IMG/VR virus record: IMGVR_UViG_3300020428_000009
Length of the DNA stretch: 64,000 nucleotides
Direction: 5' to 3' (one strand)
Origin: an uncultured virus (IMG/VR IMGVR_UViG_3300020428_000009)
Lineage: Duplodnaviria; Heunggongvirae; Uroviricota; Caudoviricetes
Made by a program: the position numbers and the translations under genes. Of the stretch, positions 56,364-64,000 are shown one piece after another. How positions within the stretch are numbered: the stretch's first letter is position 1; every line of letters begins with the position of its first letter. Under the pieces are notes generated by a model, which was not told the DNA's origin, searched no databases, and saw only the letters and a program-made list of their open reading frames with translations.

Positions 56364-56741
56364 ATGATTGAGTTGAATGAAGAGAATTTCCTAGTTTATG
56401 CATTGAAGAATTATAATAGTCCCGAGTGTACAGGGATGGATGATTTTGAAGAGGATGTAAAAAGATTCAAATATCTGAAAAGATTGTTTAGACGATATGC
56501 GAAGACAGATATATTGAGTCACCGTCTTATAATAAATCACTTGATTGTTCTTTATAATGTGTTTGGTGGCGCGGCGACTCCCTTGTTGTTTTACAAAACA
56601 GACAGAGATCACTGGCCAATTTTAAAGACTTTTTTGGTATTTTTGAATAGAATGCCAATGGAACAAATTGTAACCGGTGGAGTAAGAGAAGAAGACATTC
56701 CCCTGGACTATAAGATAATAAACATACTTAGGAAAATTTAA
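56364..56741 (+). CDS. Conserved T4-like hypothetical protein
   Basis: LNEENF..Y.SP.C, KRFKYLKRLF, RLIINHLIVLYNVFG. Confidence 0.7.
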   Translation: MIELNEENFLVYALKNYNSPECTGMDDFEEDVKRFKYLKRLFRRYAKTDILSHRLIINHLIVLYNVFGGAATPLLFYKTDRDHWPILKTFLVFLNRMPMEQIVTGGVREEDIPLDYKIINILRKI

Positions 56742-57319
56742 TGTCTGCCGTTGTTGATACACTAGTCGTATACAGAATACTCAGATTATTCGCACAGAAG
56801 ATCGAGGATATGGATGCGTTTAAATTAGGCATAATAGACGCTGACGGCAAGAAAATCAAACAACCATCTACTAGCGAAGAGAGAGCATCCTACACTCTAC
56901 TAACCAGATTCGTACTAAAAGTCAAAAAAGCATTAACTAGATCGCCCGATATGAACGCAAAAAGACTCTTGACATTTGCGGCGGCAGTTGCTATACTACG
57001 AGAACATGGTGAAAAAATAGAGGACGATGAATTAGAAGTGCTATTAGAACTTTATACCAATGACGAAGATATAGTAAAAGAAGCAGAATTATTAGAAGGA
57101 TCGAATTTATTCTCTTTTAGAAACTTCTTAATCGATGATATGGCCGCTAATGCAGTTGGAGGTGGCGCAATTCATGGAGTAGGTGTAGGACCTAAGGGAG
57201 AACCTGGAAAACCAGTCAAGAAAAAGAAGAAAAGTGATCAAGAATACCCTATTCTTTTACCAATGGCAAGGCGAATAAATCAGAAGATAGCAGAACAACG
57301 CCAACGAAGAAGAGGGTAA
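56741..57319 (+). CDS. Conserved T4-like hypothetical protein
   Basis: DAFKLGIIDADG; ANAVGGG..GPKGEPG. Confidence 0.65.
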   Translation: MSAVVDTLVVYRILRLFAQKIEDMDAFKLGIIDADGKKIKQPSTSEERASYTLLTRFVLKVKKALTRSPDMNAKRLLTFAAAVAILREHGEKIEDDELEVLLELYTNDEDIVKEAELLEGSNLFSFRNFLIDDMAANAVGGGAIHGVGVGPKGEPGKPVKKKKKSDQEYPILLPMARRINQKIAEQRQRRRG

Positions 57320-57320
57320 C

Positions 57321-57821
57321 ATGCCTGAGACAGCCCTAGAAACCAAAGTTGCAATATTGCAAAACGACATGAAACAGATGGAAGGTCTGTTTGGTAGGCT
57401 TGATACTGCTATCGATAAGATGTCTGAGGTATCAAATTCAATTAATCAGTTATTGGCGGTGCATGAAGAGAGAATAGGGCAAGCCGAACGAGAGACAGAG
57501 GATTTATTTGGTCTCATGGAAAAGCGTAGAGTAGAACAAGAAGAAGCAAGCAAGGAACTCCATTCTAGAATTACCTCTCAATCTAGAGAAATACAGAAAG
57601 AGGTAAAACATGAAGTTGATCGCCTTGGTGAACTAATGACAAAACAACACGAAGAAGTAAAAGAAGTTATAGAAACTCGTAATAAGCAACAAGACGATGA
57701 AATCTCTGATCTTGAAGATAGAATCAGAAATATAGAGAAAAAGCAATGGATTGTCATGGGTGGAGCCATTGTTATTGCATGGATAGGTGCTAATATACCA
57801 GCAATTATTGAATTATTTTAA
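57321..57821 (+). CDS. Coiled-coil protein with C-terminal TM
   Basis: LLAVHEERI; hydrophobic C-terminus; precedes primase. Confidence 0.6.
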   Translation: MPETALETKVAILQNDMKQMEGLFGRLDTAIDKMSEVSNSINQLLAVHEERIGQAERETEDLFGLMEKRRVEQEEASKELHSRITSQSREIQKEVKHEVDRLGELMTKQHEEVKEVIETRNKQQDDEISDLEDRIRNIEKKQWIVMGGAIVIAWIGANIPAIIELF

Positions 57822-57830
57822 AATAATTAC

Positions 57831-57859
57831 TTGACATCCAACCTTAAATTATGTATAAT
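57831..57859 (+). promoter_or_regulatory. Sigma70 promoter TTGACA-N17-TATAAT (primase)
   Basis: Perfect consensus; ATG 8 nt after the -10. Confidence 0.85.
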
Positions 57860-57867
57860 GTGGTCAT

Positions 57868-58953
57868 ATGAGTCTATACCTCGATGTTAAATATCTGAAC
57901 ATGATTTCTCACAGATTTGAGATTTTCAAACGAAAGGATGATTATCTCTTTAATGTGAGATGTCCCGTCTGTGGCGATTCCGCCAAAAATAAGCGAAAAA
58001 TGCGTGGCTATTTCTATCGTAAACAAAACGATATGTTTTACAAATGCCATAATTGCTCTCATGGTGCGTCTTTTGGTAATATGCTTAAAATGCTAGATCA
58101 AAACGCATACAAAGAATATGTCTTAGAAAGATACAAAGATGGAGTGAGCAAGTTTAAGCCCCACAAAGATCCAGAATTTCCTGATTTTGTACCTGACTTT
58201 GATAAAAGCAAGCATAAGTTTGTGCCTGACTTTGATAAGAAAGAGAAGCCTCCGTTTAAGAAATCTTCACCCGCTCGTATGATTGATCGAATCATGGATA
58301 GAGTTGACAATCTTCCATATGATCATGAAGCGGTAAAGTATTGTGAAGAGAGAAAAATACCTAAGCAAGTTTTTGATCGACTCTATTACATCGACAATGT
58401 GCAAGATGTAATTCAGTTGAATGATAAGTATAGAGAGAGTATAAAGACAAAAGAGCCTAGATTAGCAATACCGTTTTTTGACCAGCGCGGTCATTTGATG
58501 TCGGTAACACTAAGAGCGATGCGAGGAGAAACATTGCGATATATCTTAGTGAAAGTTAATGAAAGGGCTCCTACAGTATTTGGTTTAGATGAAGTTGATG
58601 TTTCTGAACCCATACTGGTTGTTGAAGGACCAATAGATAGTTTGTTCTTAGAAAATGCTATTGCAGTATCTGGCACATCTTTCTCCAAGATAGATGAGTT
58701 AGATTTACCACAAGAACAAATGACTATAGCCTTTGATAATCAGCCAAAGAATAGTGAAGTCTGCAAGTTGATGAAGAAGTATATCGATTTGAACTATTCG
58801 ATTTGTATCTGGCCGAATGACATAGAAGGTAAAGATATAAATGACATGATAATGAGCGGTATGACTACTGAAGATATTTCTAATTGTATTAAAGAAAATA
58901 CATTTCATGGTCTATCTGCTCAAATGAAGTTAACCGATTGGAAAAAATGTTAG
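57868..58953 (+). CDS. gp61: DNA primase
   Basis: RCPVCGDS, YKCHNC, VEGPIDS, DNQP, KDINDM. Confidence 0.96.
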   Translation: MSLYLDVKYLNMISHRFEIFKRKDDYLFNVRCPVCGDSAKNKRKMRGYFYRKQNDMFYKCHNCSHGASFGNMLKMLDQNAYKEYVLERYKDGVSKFKPHKDPEFPDFVPDFDKSKHKFVPDFDKKEKPPFKKSSPARMIDRIMDRVDNLPYDHEAVKYCEERKIPKQVFDRLYYIDNVQDVIQLNDKYRESIKTKEPRLAIPFFDQRGHLMSVTLRAMRGETLRYILVKVNERAPTVFGLDEVDVSEPILVVEGPIDSLFLENAIAVSGTSFSKIDELDLPQEQMTIAFDNQPKNSEVCKLMKKYIDLNYSICIWPNDIEGKDINDMIMSGMTTEDISNCIKENTFHGLSAQMKLTDWKKC

Positions 58954-58963
58954 GAGAAAATCA

Positions 58964-59242
58964 ATGGAATTTTTAAAAAATTTGTGGAATAAGATTTTCA
59001 ACTTCTTAGATTATAATAAAGATGGCTCAGTAAACAAACAAGATGCGACCGATGCCGTTGATGATGTGAAAGAAGAAGTTGCAGAGACTAAGGCAAAAGT
59101 CAAGAAGCGAGTAAAACGGATCAAAGAAGAAGTTCAAGATGTCAAAGATGCCGTTTCCGACGCTGTTGATCAACTAGGTGATATTGCTGATGCCGCTAAG
59201 GGCAAGCCTAGAAAAGGAAGAAAGCCAAAGGCTAAGAAATAG
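58964..59242 (+). CDS. Small hypothetical protein with EF-hand-like loop and basic tail
   Basis: AGGAG RBS; DYNKDGSVNKQD; KGKPRKGRKPK. Confidence 0.55.
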   Translation: MEFLKNLWNKIFNFLDYNKDGSVNKQDATDAVDDVKEEVAETKAKVKKRVKRIKEEVQDVKDAVSDAVDQLGDIADAAKGKPRKGRKPKAKK

Positions 59243-59820
59243 TGCCAGTTGCTTCAAGCGAGGTAAAAAGTTTTTGGCCGCTCGCTTGGCCTTTTGATCA
59301 AATTGTACCAGAGTTACCCAATAGCGGTAGATTACTGGAAATAGGACCTTACTTAGGTAAATCAACTATTTCTTGGGCAGAGCAATTTGCTTCTGCTGGT
59401 TACATGTATGATATTCATACTGTTGATGCCTTTCGTGGTATTCAAGGTGACGCTGGTGCAGACTTTACAAATGTTGATGTAGAATTTTTAAAATCTCGCA
59501 GTATTTCTGAAGAAGATCATCTAGAAACTTTTAAGCAGAATGTAGAGGGCTGGTCAAATATATCTTGGGAAAAAGCAGTATTTGATGAGAACTATACACC
59601 ACCTGCAGGATTTGAAGATCCAACAGTTATATGGTATGATGCACTACATTCATATGAAGCAGTAACTAAATTTATAAATTGGACTAATGATAAATCTAGT
59701 ATAGTAATTATAGATTGTTATGATGATCACCATCCAGGCACGAAACAAGCCGTTGATGAAGCAACGCAACTAATGAAGGTCTACGAAGAATCCTTTAAAG
59801 GAATAGTAGTACTTAAATAA
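59242..59820 (+). CDS. Class I SAM-dependent methyltransferase (Methyltransf_24-like)
   Basis: LEIGPYLGKS, VDAF, YDALHSYE, GTKQAVDE. Confidence 0.75.
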   Translation: MPVASSEVKSFWPLAWPFDQIVPELPNSGRLLEIGPYLGKSTISWAEQFASAGYMYDIHTVDAFRGIQGDAGADFTNVDVEFLKSRSISEEDHLETFKQNVEGWSNISWEKAVFDENYTPPAGFEDPTVIWYDALHSYEAVTKFINWTNDKSSIVIIDCYDDHHPGTKQAVDEATQLMKVYEESFKGIVVLK

Positions 59821-59838
59821 AATAACTAGGACTATATT

Positions 59839-60498
59839 ATGAATGAAGTGAGTTTAGTGGCTCTTTCAAAGCCATCAGCATACACAGATTGCCTTACTGC
59901 TGGAGAACTAGTCGCATATGCGGCAAGAGTAAGCAACCCTGGTAATCAAAACAATACTAAGACAGCACCCGGACTGTTGAAGTATCTGATTAAACATGAA
60001 CACTGGTCTCCTTTTGAGATGGTTCATATGACACTGGAGATAAAAACAACCCGTGATATAGCACGGCAAATTCTTAGACATCGAAGTTTTAGTTATCAAG
60101 AATTTAGCCAAAGATATGCTGTATCTGATGAATGGGTAACACGGGAAGCGAGATTACAGGACCCTCAGAATAGACAGAACAGCATTGAACTTGATGAGGG
60201 TGCTAAAGAAATTGAAGAAACTTGGAGAATGAAGCAGACAGAGGTAGTGCGTAAGATTAAAGAAGTCTACGAATGGGCACTAAACTCTGGAATAGCAAAG
60301 GAACAAGCCAGAGCAGTTTTACCAGAGGGTAATACTGTATCGACATTATATATGGCAGGTTCTTTACGATCTTGGATACACTATTGTCAGTTGAGAATGG
60401 GCAACGGTACTCAGAAGGAACATTCTGAAGTTGCTGAAAAATGCTGGAACATAGTTACGCAACATTTTCCTGAAATCAAAAAGGCAATAGAGGGTTAG
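59839..60498 (+). CDS. thyX: Flavin-dependent thymidylate synthase
   Basis: HWSPFEM, RHRSFSYQEFSQRY, LRSWIHY, TQKEH. Confidence 0.97.
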   Translation: MNEVSLVALSKPSAYTDCLTAGELVAYAARVSNPGNQNNTKTAPGLLKYLIKHEHWSPFEMVHMTLEIKTTRDIARQILRHRSFSYQEFSQRYAVSDEWVTREARLQDPQNRQNSIELDEGAKEIEETWRMKQTEVVRKIKEVYEWALNSGIAKEQARAVLPEGNTVSTLYMAGSLRSWIHYCQLRMGNGTQKEHSEVAEKCWNIVTQHFPEIKKAIEG

Positions 60499-60503
60499 AA
60501 CAG

Positions 60504-62303
60504 ATGGCAAAAGAGGATTTTTTAGGTATCCAGATAGATCGGGCGAGAGATGGGTTGTTTGATAAACTTGGCATACAACGATTACAAGAAAGTTATATGC
60601 GAGAAGATGAAGAAAGTCCTCAAGAAAGATTTGCTTTTGTAAGTAAACATTTTTCTTCTAATGAAGAACACGCACAAAGACTTTACGAATACTCAAGTAA
60701 GCATTGGTTGTCGTACAGCACTCCCATTCTATCATTTGGTAGAAGCAACAAGGGTATGCCTATCTCTTGTTTTTTAAATTACATTAACGACACAGCGGAG
60801 GGATTAGTTGAAAACCTTTCAGAAACGAATTGGCTCTCTATGCTTGGCGGTGGAGTTGGGATTGGTTTTGGCATACGGTCTAGTGACGATAAGTCTACTG
60901 GCGTTATGCCTCACCTTAAAACATATGACTCCTCCTGCTTGGCATATCGTCAGGGAAAAACTAGACGCGGTTCCTACGCTACCTATCTTGATATTAGTCA
61001 CCCTGATATCATCATGTTCCTTGAGATGCGAAAACCTACAGGAGACCAAAACATTAGATGCTTGAATTTGCATCATGGTATCAATATATCAGATAGATTT
61101 ATGGAACTCATAGAAAGATGTATGGGTGATGAGAACGCAGACGATAGTTGGCGACTCATTGATCCACATTCTGGTGTTGTAAAAGATACTGTATCTGCAA
61201 AAGCATTGTGGCAAAGAATATTAGAGATGCGTATGGAAACTGGTGAGCCGTATATTCATTATATTGACACCAGCAATCGACATTTACCAGAATTTCAAAA
61301 AGAAAAGGGGTTAAAGGTACATCAATCAAATCTCTGTTCAGAGATTATTCTACCAACAAATAAAGATAGAACGGCTGTTTGTTGTTTGTCTTCAGTAAAT
61401 CTTGAGTACTATGATGCATGGAGTAAAGATTCCATGTTTCTCAAAGATGTAGCAGAGATGCTAGATAATGTACTCCAGTACTTCATAGACAACGCTCCAG
61501 ACGAAGTTAGCCGTGCAAAGTACTCAGCACAACAAGAACGCTCTATAGGAATAGGAGCATTGGGGTTTCATGCATATCTACAGAAAAAGAGTATTGCATG
61601 GGAAGGGATTTTTGCAAAGAGTACGAATATCAGATTATTTAAACTTATAAGGAGTAAACTGAATGATGCAAACTTGGAACTGGGTAAAGAAAGAGGCGAG
61701 GCTCCTGACGCAAAGGGGACAGGCAGAAGATTTAGCCATGTTATGGCTATCGCTCCTAATGCTAGTTCTTCTATTATTATGGGAAACACCTCGCCGTCCA
61801 TTGAACCATATCGTGCAAATGCTTACAGACAAGACACATTATCGGGAGCGTATCTCAATAAGAATAAGCATCTGGATGCTCTCATTAAAGATAAGGCTAA
61901 AGAAAATAGCAAAATCGATTATGATGAAGTTTGGTCTTCAATAATTGCAAATGATGGCTCAGTACAACATCTAACAATATTAGATGAGAATGAAAAAGAA
62001 GTTTACAAAACGGCAATGGAAATAGACCAGAGATGGGTAGTAGAACATGGATCTACGAGACAGGAGTGGATCGATCAAGCACAATCTTTGAATCTATTTT
62101 TTAGACCAGATGTGAATATTAAGTATTTACATGCCGTACACTACATGGCTTGGAAGCAGGGCTTGAAGACTTTATATTATTGCAGGTCAGAAAAACTAGG
62201 CAAGGCAGATAAAGTTTCTAAACGAATTGAGCGAGAGGTTATCAAGGAAATAGATATGTCCTCACTCTTAAACGAAGATTCTTGTCTGGCTTGCGAAGGA
62301 TGA
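60504..62303 (+). CDS. nrdA: Ribonucleotide reductase class I alpha subunit
   Basis: PISCF, SNLCSEI, APNASSS, KTLYY, CLACEG. Confidence 0.96.
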   Translation: MAKEDFLGIQIDRARDGLFDKLGIQRLQESYMREDEESPQERFAFVSKHFSSNEEHAQRLYEYSSKHWLSYSTPILSFGRSNKGMPISCFLNYINDTAEGLVENLSETNWLSMLGGGVGIGFGIRSSDDKSTGVMPHLKTYDSSCLAYRQGKTRRGSYATYLDISHPDIIMFLEMRKPTGDQNIRCLNLHHGINISDRFMELIERCMGDENADDSWRLIDPHSGVVKDTVSAKALWQRILEMRMETGEPYIHYIDTSNRHLPEFQKEKGLKVHQSNLCSEIILPTNKDRTAVCCLSSVNLEYYDAWSKDSMFLKDVAEMLDNVLQYFIDNAPDEVSRAKYSAQQERSIGIGALGFHAYLQKKSIAWEGIFAKSTNIRLFKLIRSKLNDANLELGKERGEAPDAKGTGRRFSHVMAIAPNASSSIIMGNTSPSIEPYRANAYRQDTLSGAYLNKNKHLDALIKDKAKENSKIDYDEVWSSIIANDGSVQHLTILDENEKEVYKTAMEIDQRWVVEHGSTRQEWIDQAQSLNLFFRPDVNIKYLHAVHYMAWKQGLKTLYYCRSEKLGKADKVSKRIEREVIKEIDMSSLLNEDSCLACEG

Positions 62304-62908
62304 TAGAAGTACCTGTAGATAAAAGAATTGCCGTTGTAGTATCTGGTGGTTGGGACAGTGCTGTACTTTGGTACATGGTAAAGCGAATCTGTCTAGAAAG
62401 AAAGCAAGAATGTACCGCATTTACTGTACCGAAAATCGATGGTGCAGAACATTATGCTAATAAAGTATTGCGATGGGCATCAGATAGATTGAACTATGAA
62501 TTTGCTCCTACTAGGATAGTAGGACAGATAACATCTGATAACCCATCTGATTATGTTACAAGTGGCGCATACGAAATATTTGAAAAAGGATATGCAGATT
62601 TTTTATTTAATGGCATGAACAAATATCCGCCCAATCAAAGAGATATGATGCCAGAGGGGTACCCACTACCAAATGACAGATGGGTACCAAATGAGAAGAC
62701 AAAAGATTATGTTGCACATCCTTTTGCTGATATGACTAAAGATCAAACCATTCAGTTGGGATTTGATCTAGATATTGCCATGGATATTATGCCGATAACT
62801 CATAGTTGCACAGAGTTAGACAGAGGCAGATGTAATAATTGTTGGTGGTGCAAGGAGCGAGAGTGGGGCTTCAAGCAAATAAGGAAAACAGACATTGGAA
62901 GAGAGTAA
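62300..62908 (+). CDS. QueC-like PP-loop ATPase
   Basis: SGGWDS; HSC-x7-CxxCxxC zinc motif; ATGA-coupled to nrdA. Confidence 0.7.
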   Translation: MIEVPVDKRIAVVVSGGWDSAVLWYMVKRICLERKQECTAFTVPKIDGAEHYANKVLRWASDRLNYEFAPTRIVGQITSDNPSDYVTSGAYEIFEKGYADFLFNGMNKYPPNQRDMMPEGYPLPNDRWVPNEKTKDYVAHPFADMTKDQTIQLGFDLDIAMDIMPITHSCTELDRGRCNNCWWCKEREWGFKQIRKTDIGRE

Positions 62909-62909
62909 A

Positions 62910-63896
62910 ATGACACCCAAAATTTCTAAATTAACAGACGAAAGAACATATTTTAAGCCGTTTAATTATCCATGGGCGTATGAGGCATGGTTAAAACATG
63001 AGCAATCTCATTGGTTACATACAGAAGTACCTATGTCAGAGGATGTGAAAGATTGGAAAGAAAGGTTATCTAAAGAAGAGAAATCATTTCTTACTAACAT
63101 ATTTCGATTCTTTACACAAGGTGATATTGATGTAGCAGATGGATATGTAACTAATTATTTACCATATTTTCCACAGCCAGAAATTCGTATGATGCTATGT
63201 GGATTTGCCGCAAGGGAAGCATTGCATGTAGCCGCATATTCACATCTGATCGAAACAGTTGGAATGCCAGAGTCTACATATAACGAGTTTTTAGAATATA
63301 AGGCTATGGCAGACAAGCACGACTATTTTGTTGGACTGTCTAAGGCGAATGGATCTAAAGAAAGCGTGGCTACAAACATAGCCGCTTTTAGTGCATTTAC
63401 CGAGGGTATGCAGTTATTTTCTTCATTCATTATGCTATTGAATTTTCCAAGACACGGTACTATGAAAGGTATGGGTCAGATTGTTACATGGTCTATTGTA
63501 GATGAAACAATGCATGCCGAATCTATGATTAAGTTATTCCGTCAATATATAGAAGAGAATAAAGAGATATGGAATGACAAACTAAAGAGTCAGATTTACA
63601 CTATCGCTGAAAAGATGGTAGAACTTGAAGACAAGTTCATTGACCTAGCATTTGCTATGGGACCTATGAACAATTTGACTTCAGAAGGAGTCAAAAAATA
63701 TATTCGGTATATTGCCGATAGAAGATTGATCAGCCTCGGAATGAGAGGCATTTTTAAGGTAAAAAGAAATCCTTTGCCATGGGTAGAAGAGATGATCAAT
63801 GCTCCCACCCACACCAATTTCTTTGAGAATCGGGCGACTGATTATGCAAGAGGTGCTTTAACGGGTCAATGGCAGGATGTATGGGGTCAAGCGTGA
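62910..63896 (+). CDS. nrdB: Ribonucleotide reductase class I beta subunit
   Basis: FFTQGDIDV, EALH, EGMQLFSSF, DETMH, NFFENR. Confidence 0.96.
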   Translation: MTPKISKLTDERTYFKPFNYPWAYEAWLKHEQSHWLHTEVPMSEDVKDWKERLSKEEKSFLTNIFRFFTQGDIDVADGYVTNYLPYFPQPEIRMMLCGFAAREALHVAAYSHLIETVGMPESTYNEFLEYKAMADKHDYFVGLSKANGSKESVATNIAAFSAFTEGMQLFSSFIMLLNFPRHGTMKGMGQIVTWSIVDETMHAESMIKLFRQYIEENKEIWNDKLKSQIYTIAEKMVELEDKFIDLAFAMGPMNNLTSEGVKKYIRYIADRRLISLGMRGIFKVKRNPLPWVEEMINAPTHTNFFENRATDYARGALTGQWQDVWGQA

Positions 63897-64000
63897 AAGA
63901 AAAATTTATAAAATATTTTAGTAAGATTGCAGAAGAGACTGCCAAGTTATCTTATGCAAAGAAATTGAAAGTTGGATGTGTCATAGTAAAAGATAGACGA
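63893..64000 (+). CDS. dCMP deaminase, N-terminus (3' truncated by window)
   Basis: GTG coupled to nrdB stop; A..TAKLS.AKKLKVGCVIVKD is the typical dCMP deaminase start. Confidence 0.75.
   Translation, partial: MKEKFIKYFSKIAEETAKLSYAKKLKVGCVIVKDRR

Noticed and set aside
1..64000. Many minus-strand and nested short ORFs in the ORF track (e.g. 2420-2752, 5069-5467, 44816-45319, 54734-55207)
   Set aside because: They lie opposite or inside well-supported + strand genes, lack RBS or motifs and read as shadow frames
1..64000. tRNA, rRNA, CRISPR arrays, integrase or transposase
   Set aside because: No cloverleaf, repeat-spacer array or recombinase motifs seen; intergenic gaps are short. A tRNAscan/Infernal run would be needed to be certain
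1..64000. Stop-codon reassignment (alternative genetic code)
   Set aside because: Core genes are full length in the standard code, and TAA, TAG and TGA all end conserved genes

Overview
64 kb from a large, AT-rich, T4-like myophage genome, almost entirely coded on the + strand. Gene content suggests an aquatic or marine phage with a proteobacterial host (inference). It runs from the head/tail morphogenesis block (gp17-gp18-gp19-gp20-core-gp21-gp22-gp23-gp3) through uvsY, uvsW, gp55, gp47 and gp46, then auxiliary genes (peptide deformylase, IscU, IscA, a VWA/MoxR 'CobT/CobS' pair, peroxiredoxin, Hsp20). Next come the replisome (gp45, gp44, gp62, regA, gp43, uvsX, gp41), a spanin/holin-like block, probable capsid-packaged proteins, primase, thyX, nrdA/nrdB and the start of a dCMP deaminase. 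T4 late promoters (TATAAATA) and sigma70-type promoters are visible. The most striking non-routine observations are: (1) a terminator hairpin whose 21-nt loop is the reverse complement of the unusual GAGAGAGT ribosome-binding sites of three early-promoter genes, with a late promoter just upstream (candidate late anti-RBS sRNA); (2) an RNA-ligase-like + HxGH nucleotidyltransferase + P-loop kinase cluster with capsid-targeting-like N-termini; (3) an uncalled 26-aa, 9-Cys metallothionein-like peptide near a B12-type radical SAM gene; (4) a ROSE-like thermometer and RpoH-like promoter on hsp20; (5) an RBS-sequestering hairpin on regA; (6) a perfect antisense sigma70 promoter upstream of gp55. All calls come from reading motifs and synteny by eye; no database searches were run.
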